Under the pieces are notes generated by a model. It was not told the DNA's origin and did not search any database. It saw only the letters and a list, made by a program, of their open reading frames with translations. This document shows, one piece after another, positions 61,718-64,000 of a stretch of 64,000 nucleotides of DNA. Where the stretch lies: assembly GCA_025774245.1 (NCBI GenBank), contig JALGWI010000003.1, forward strand, positions 14,866 to 78,865, written 5' to 3'. How positions within the stretch are numbered: the stretch's first letter is position 1; the number at the start of each line of letters is the position of its first letter. The stretch comes from a bacterium (lineage in GTDB: Bacteria; Joyebacterota; Joyebacteria; Joyebacterales; Joyebacteraceae). The translations under genes and the position numbers were made by a program.

Positions 61718-63175
61718 ATGGACGAGCTCAGGGAGCTGGCCGTGACCCTCGCCGAGGCCGCGAGCGAGCGGGACTTCGTGGAGACCGCCGTTGACGGAGG
61801 CGTCGACTTCATCGACCTCAGGTTCGCCGATCTCCCCGGCCGATGGCACCACGTCACCATCCCCACGGCCCGGTTCGAACCGGAGATCTTCGACCGCGGC
61901 GTCGGGTTCGACGGGTCGAGCGTCTCGGGATTCAAGTCGGTCGAGAGGGGCGACATGGTCCTGCTCCCCGACTACCGCACCGCCCTGGTCGCCCAGTACG
62001 GGGAGCACCTCGTGGCCACCCTGATCGCTTCCGCCGGCGAGGCCGACACGAAGCGTCCCTTCGAACTCGACCCGCGCACGATCGCCATGACGGCCGAAGA
62101 AGTACTCAAGCGCTCGGGACGCGCCGACGAGAGCCTCTGGAGTCCGGAACTCGAGTTCTACCTCTTCTCGGCGGTCGACTACGAGGACGCTCCGAACGGC
62201 TCGTTCTACGAGGTGGCCTCCGAGGAGGCCGGGTGGTCCGATCCCGACGATCCGGAGCTCGCGCTCGGCTTCCGCATCGATCCCAGGGGGGGCTATCAGG
62301 CGACCCCGCCGTCGGACCGCTACTTCGAGCTCAGGAACGAGATCTGCGCCCGCATGGAGGAGTCGGGGATACCCGTGAAGTACCACCACCACGAGAACGG
62401 CAGGCCGGGGCAGCAGGAGATCGAGATCCACGCGGAGCCGCTCGTCCGTTCCGCCGACCACCTGATGCTCGGGAAGCACATCGTGAGGAACACGGCCGAC
62501 GAGTGGGGCGTGGCCGCGACGTTCATGCCCAAGCCGATTCCCGACGAGGCCGGGAGCGGGCTCCACCTTCACATCCGGCTCGTCAAGGACGGCCAGTACG
62601 TGCTGCACGGGGACGAGTGCGCCGGCCTGTCGCGCGAGGCGCTCTCCTTCCTCGGAGGCATCCTGACCCACGGGCGCGCGCTCGCCGCCATCACGTCGCC
62701 GAGCACGAACTCGTACCGGCGCCTGCGCCCCGGCTTCGAGGCCCCGGCGACGCTCACCTTCTCGGCCGGGAGTCGCAGGGCCGCGATCAGGATCCCCAAG
62801 TACGCGACCGAGCCGCACATGAAGTCGGCCGAGTACCGTCCGTCCGACGCGACGGCGAACCCGTACCTCGCGATGGCCGCGCTCGTGGCGGCCGGGCTCG
62901 ACGGGATGGAGCGCGGGATCGACCCGCAGCAGGAGGGTTTCGGACCGTTCGAGGGGAACGTCGACGAGATCGCCCGGGACCGCAAGATCGTGCCGCTGCC
63001 CGCGACGCTCGACGAAGCGCTCCACGAGCTTCGCGAGGGCGGCGGGTTCCTGAGCGACTCGGGCATCTTCCCCGAGAGCTTCGTCCCCGTCTGGATCGAC
63101 CTCAAGGTCCGGGAGGCGGAGACCGTCGCGGGCCGGCCGCACCCGACCGAGTACTCGCTCTACTTCGACTGCTGA
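61718..63175 (+). CDS. glnA: Glutamine synthetase type I
   Basis: FDGSS, ELEFY, HHHE, TFMPKP..GSGLH, NSYRRL.PGFEAP, R.AAIRIP, EYR..D..ANPYL; RBS gaggag. Confidence 0.94.
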   Translation: MDELRELAVTLAEAASERDFVETAVDGGVDFIDLRFADLPGRWHHVTIPTARFEPEIFDRGVGFDGSSVSGFKSVERGDMVLLPDYRTALVAQYGEHLVATLIASAGEADTKRPFELDPRTIAMTAEEVLKRSGRADESLWSPELEFYLFSAVDYEDAPNGSFYEVASEEAGWSDPDDPELALGFRIDPRGGYQATPPSDRYFELRNEICARMEESGIPVKYHHHENGRPGQQEIEIHAEPLVRSADHLMLGKHIVRNTADEWGVAATFMPKPIPDEAGSGLHLHIRLVKDGQYVLHGDECAGLSREALSFLGGILTHGRALAAITSPSTNSYRRLRPGFEAPATLTFSAGSRRAAIRIPKYATEPHMKSAEYRPSDATANPYLAMAALVAAGLDGMERGIDPQQEGFGPFEGNVDEIARDRKIVPLPATLDEALHELREGGGFLSDSGIFPESFVPVWIDLKVREAETVAGRPHPTEYSLYFDC

Positions 63176-63214
63176 TCCCGGGTCGCCCGCGAGGGTGAGA
63201 CCGGAGACGAAACG

Positions 63215-63245
63215 AGAGGCGCCCCGGGATCGCCGGGGCGCCTCT
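63215..63245. terminator. Hairpin terminator between convergent glnA and the CA-like gene
   Basis: agaggcgccccgg-gatcg-ccggggcgcctct. Confidence 0.7.
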
Positions 63246-63276
63246 GTCTGTCTACGAACGTCGGCTGGCGCGCCGG

Positions 63277-63702
63277 TCAGCCGTCCCGCGCATCCGCCAC
63301 GGCTGCCCCACGGGTGCAGACCTCGCGAACCGTCCACTCTGCGTCGACCCAGAGCCCAAGCACAGCGGCCTCCGGGAAGCTCTCCGCGATGCACTCAGCT
63401 GACGCGACGAGTTGACGTATCTGGTGCTCTTTGCCTTCGGGGTTCCCCGCGCAGTCCGCGTGGGCCACAACCGCGACCACGGTCGATCCGTGTGTCGTCA
63501 CGGACATGCCCACTCGTCGCAGTATCGATTTCCTGGCTTCAGAGTCGACCGTATCGGCGAGGAAGCGCACCGGACCTGCTTCGGTCACGACGTCCACATA
63601 CCGAACGTGCAGGCGTTCCTGCAGGTAGCGGATGACGGGCAGCTGGACTCTCCCGTCGATGCAGTTGACGGCCGTGCAGAACGTCACGCTCGCCTTCTCC
63701 AT
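63277..63702 (-). CDS. Putative beta-class-like carbonic anhydrase (start 63702 or GTG 63687)
   Basis: NCIDGR and AHADC Zn-ligand motifs. Confidence 0.75.
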   Translation of the reverse strand: MEKASVTFCTAVNCIDGRVQLPVIRYLQERLHVRYVDVVTEAGPVRFLADTVDSEARKSILRRVGMSVTTHGSTVVAVVAHADCAGNPEGKEHQIRQLVASAECIAESFPEAAVLGLWVDAEWTVREVCTRGAAVADARDG

Positions 63703-63719
63703 TCTCGCTGAGCGCCCGG

Positions 63720-64000
63720 CTACGGTCTGAGACGCGAGAGCATCCTCGGAAACGCCGTGGTCTCGCGGATGTGCGGGAGCCCGCAGACCCACGTGACGAA
63801 CCGCTCGATGCCGAGTCCGAACCCGCCGTGAGGCACCGAGCCGTACCGTCTGAGGTCGAGGTACCACTGGTAGTCCTCGATCGGCAGGTTCTCGTCGCGC
63901 ATCCTCTGCTCGAGCGTGTCGAGGTCCATCGCGCGCTGGCCGCCGCCCACGATCTCGCCGTATCCCTCCGGGGCCAGCATGTCGACCGACAGGGTGACGC
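63720..64000 (-). CDS. asnS: Asparagine--tRNA ligase, C-terminal part (5' end outside the window)
   Basis: [40 protein letters not shown]. Confidence 0.93.
   Translation of the reverse strand, partial: VTLSVDMLAPEGYGEIVGGGQRAMDLDTLEQRMRDENLPIEDYQWYLDLRRYGSVPHGGFGLGIERFVTWVCGLPHIRETTAFPRMLSRLRP

Overview
A 64-kb stretch of a high-GC bacterial chromosome, almost all coded on the minus strand and mostly housekeeping genes. In order: an FMN-riboswitch-controlled rib operon (ribD-ribE-ribBA); selA-[SPOR protein]-smc-ftsY; rpsF-rpsR-rplI; ispE-spoVG-tRNA-Gln-prs-rplY-pth-hppA-ychF; alaS-GGGP synthase-rfbA-rfbD-gmhA-udk-UbiA-family; pgsA-pgpA-cinA-thpR-recA-recX; four-subunit POR; large (Alu-type) SRP RNA-dnaX-ybaB-recR; two tRNA clusters holding all four tRNA-Ser isoacceptors; then iscS, TPR proteins, a cyclophilin, glnA, a putative carbonic anhydrase and the end of asnS. 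The gene content suggests an anaerobic diderm of an uncultured FCB-associated lineage (Eisenbacteria/Latescibacterota-like); this is inference only. Four things stand out. (1) An accessory block between the tRNA clusters encodes an Mre11/Rad50-like YhaO/YhaN pair, a membrane-anchored Zn-ribbon CHAT (caspase-like) protease, an ECF sigma factor with a candidate autoregulatory promoter and a soluble double-ZAS anti-sigma factor, followed by a sigma54-driven histidine kinase and REC-GGDEF pair. This could be a protease-gated signalling cascade. (2) A secreted protein ends in the short motif 'AVEETTWGKLKALYR', a candidate sorting signal, and sits under a complete sigma54 promoter/enhancer architecture. 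(3) There is an archaeal-type group II GGGP synthase. (4) A degenerate ParA/BY-kinase-like domain is fused to a SPOR domain upstream of smc. No integrase, transposase, CRISPR array or rRNA was seen.
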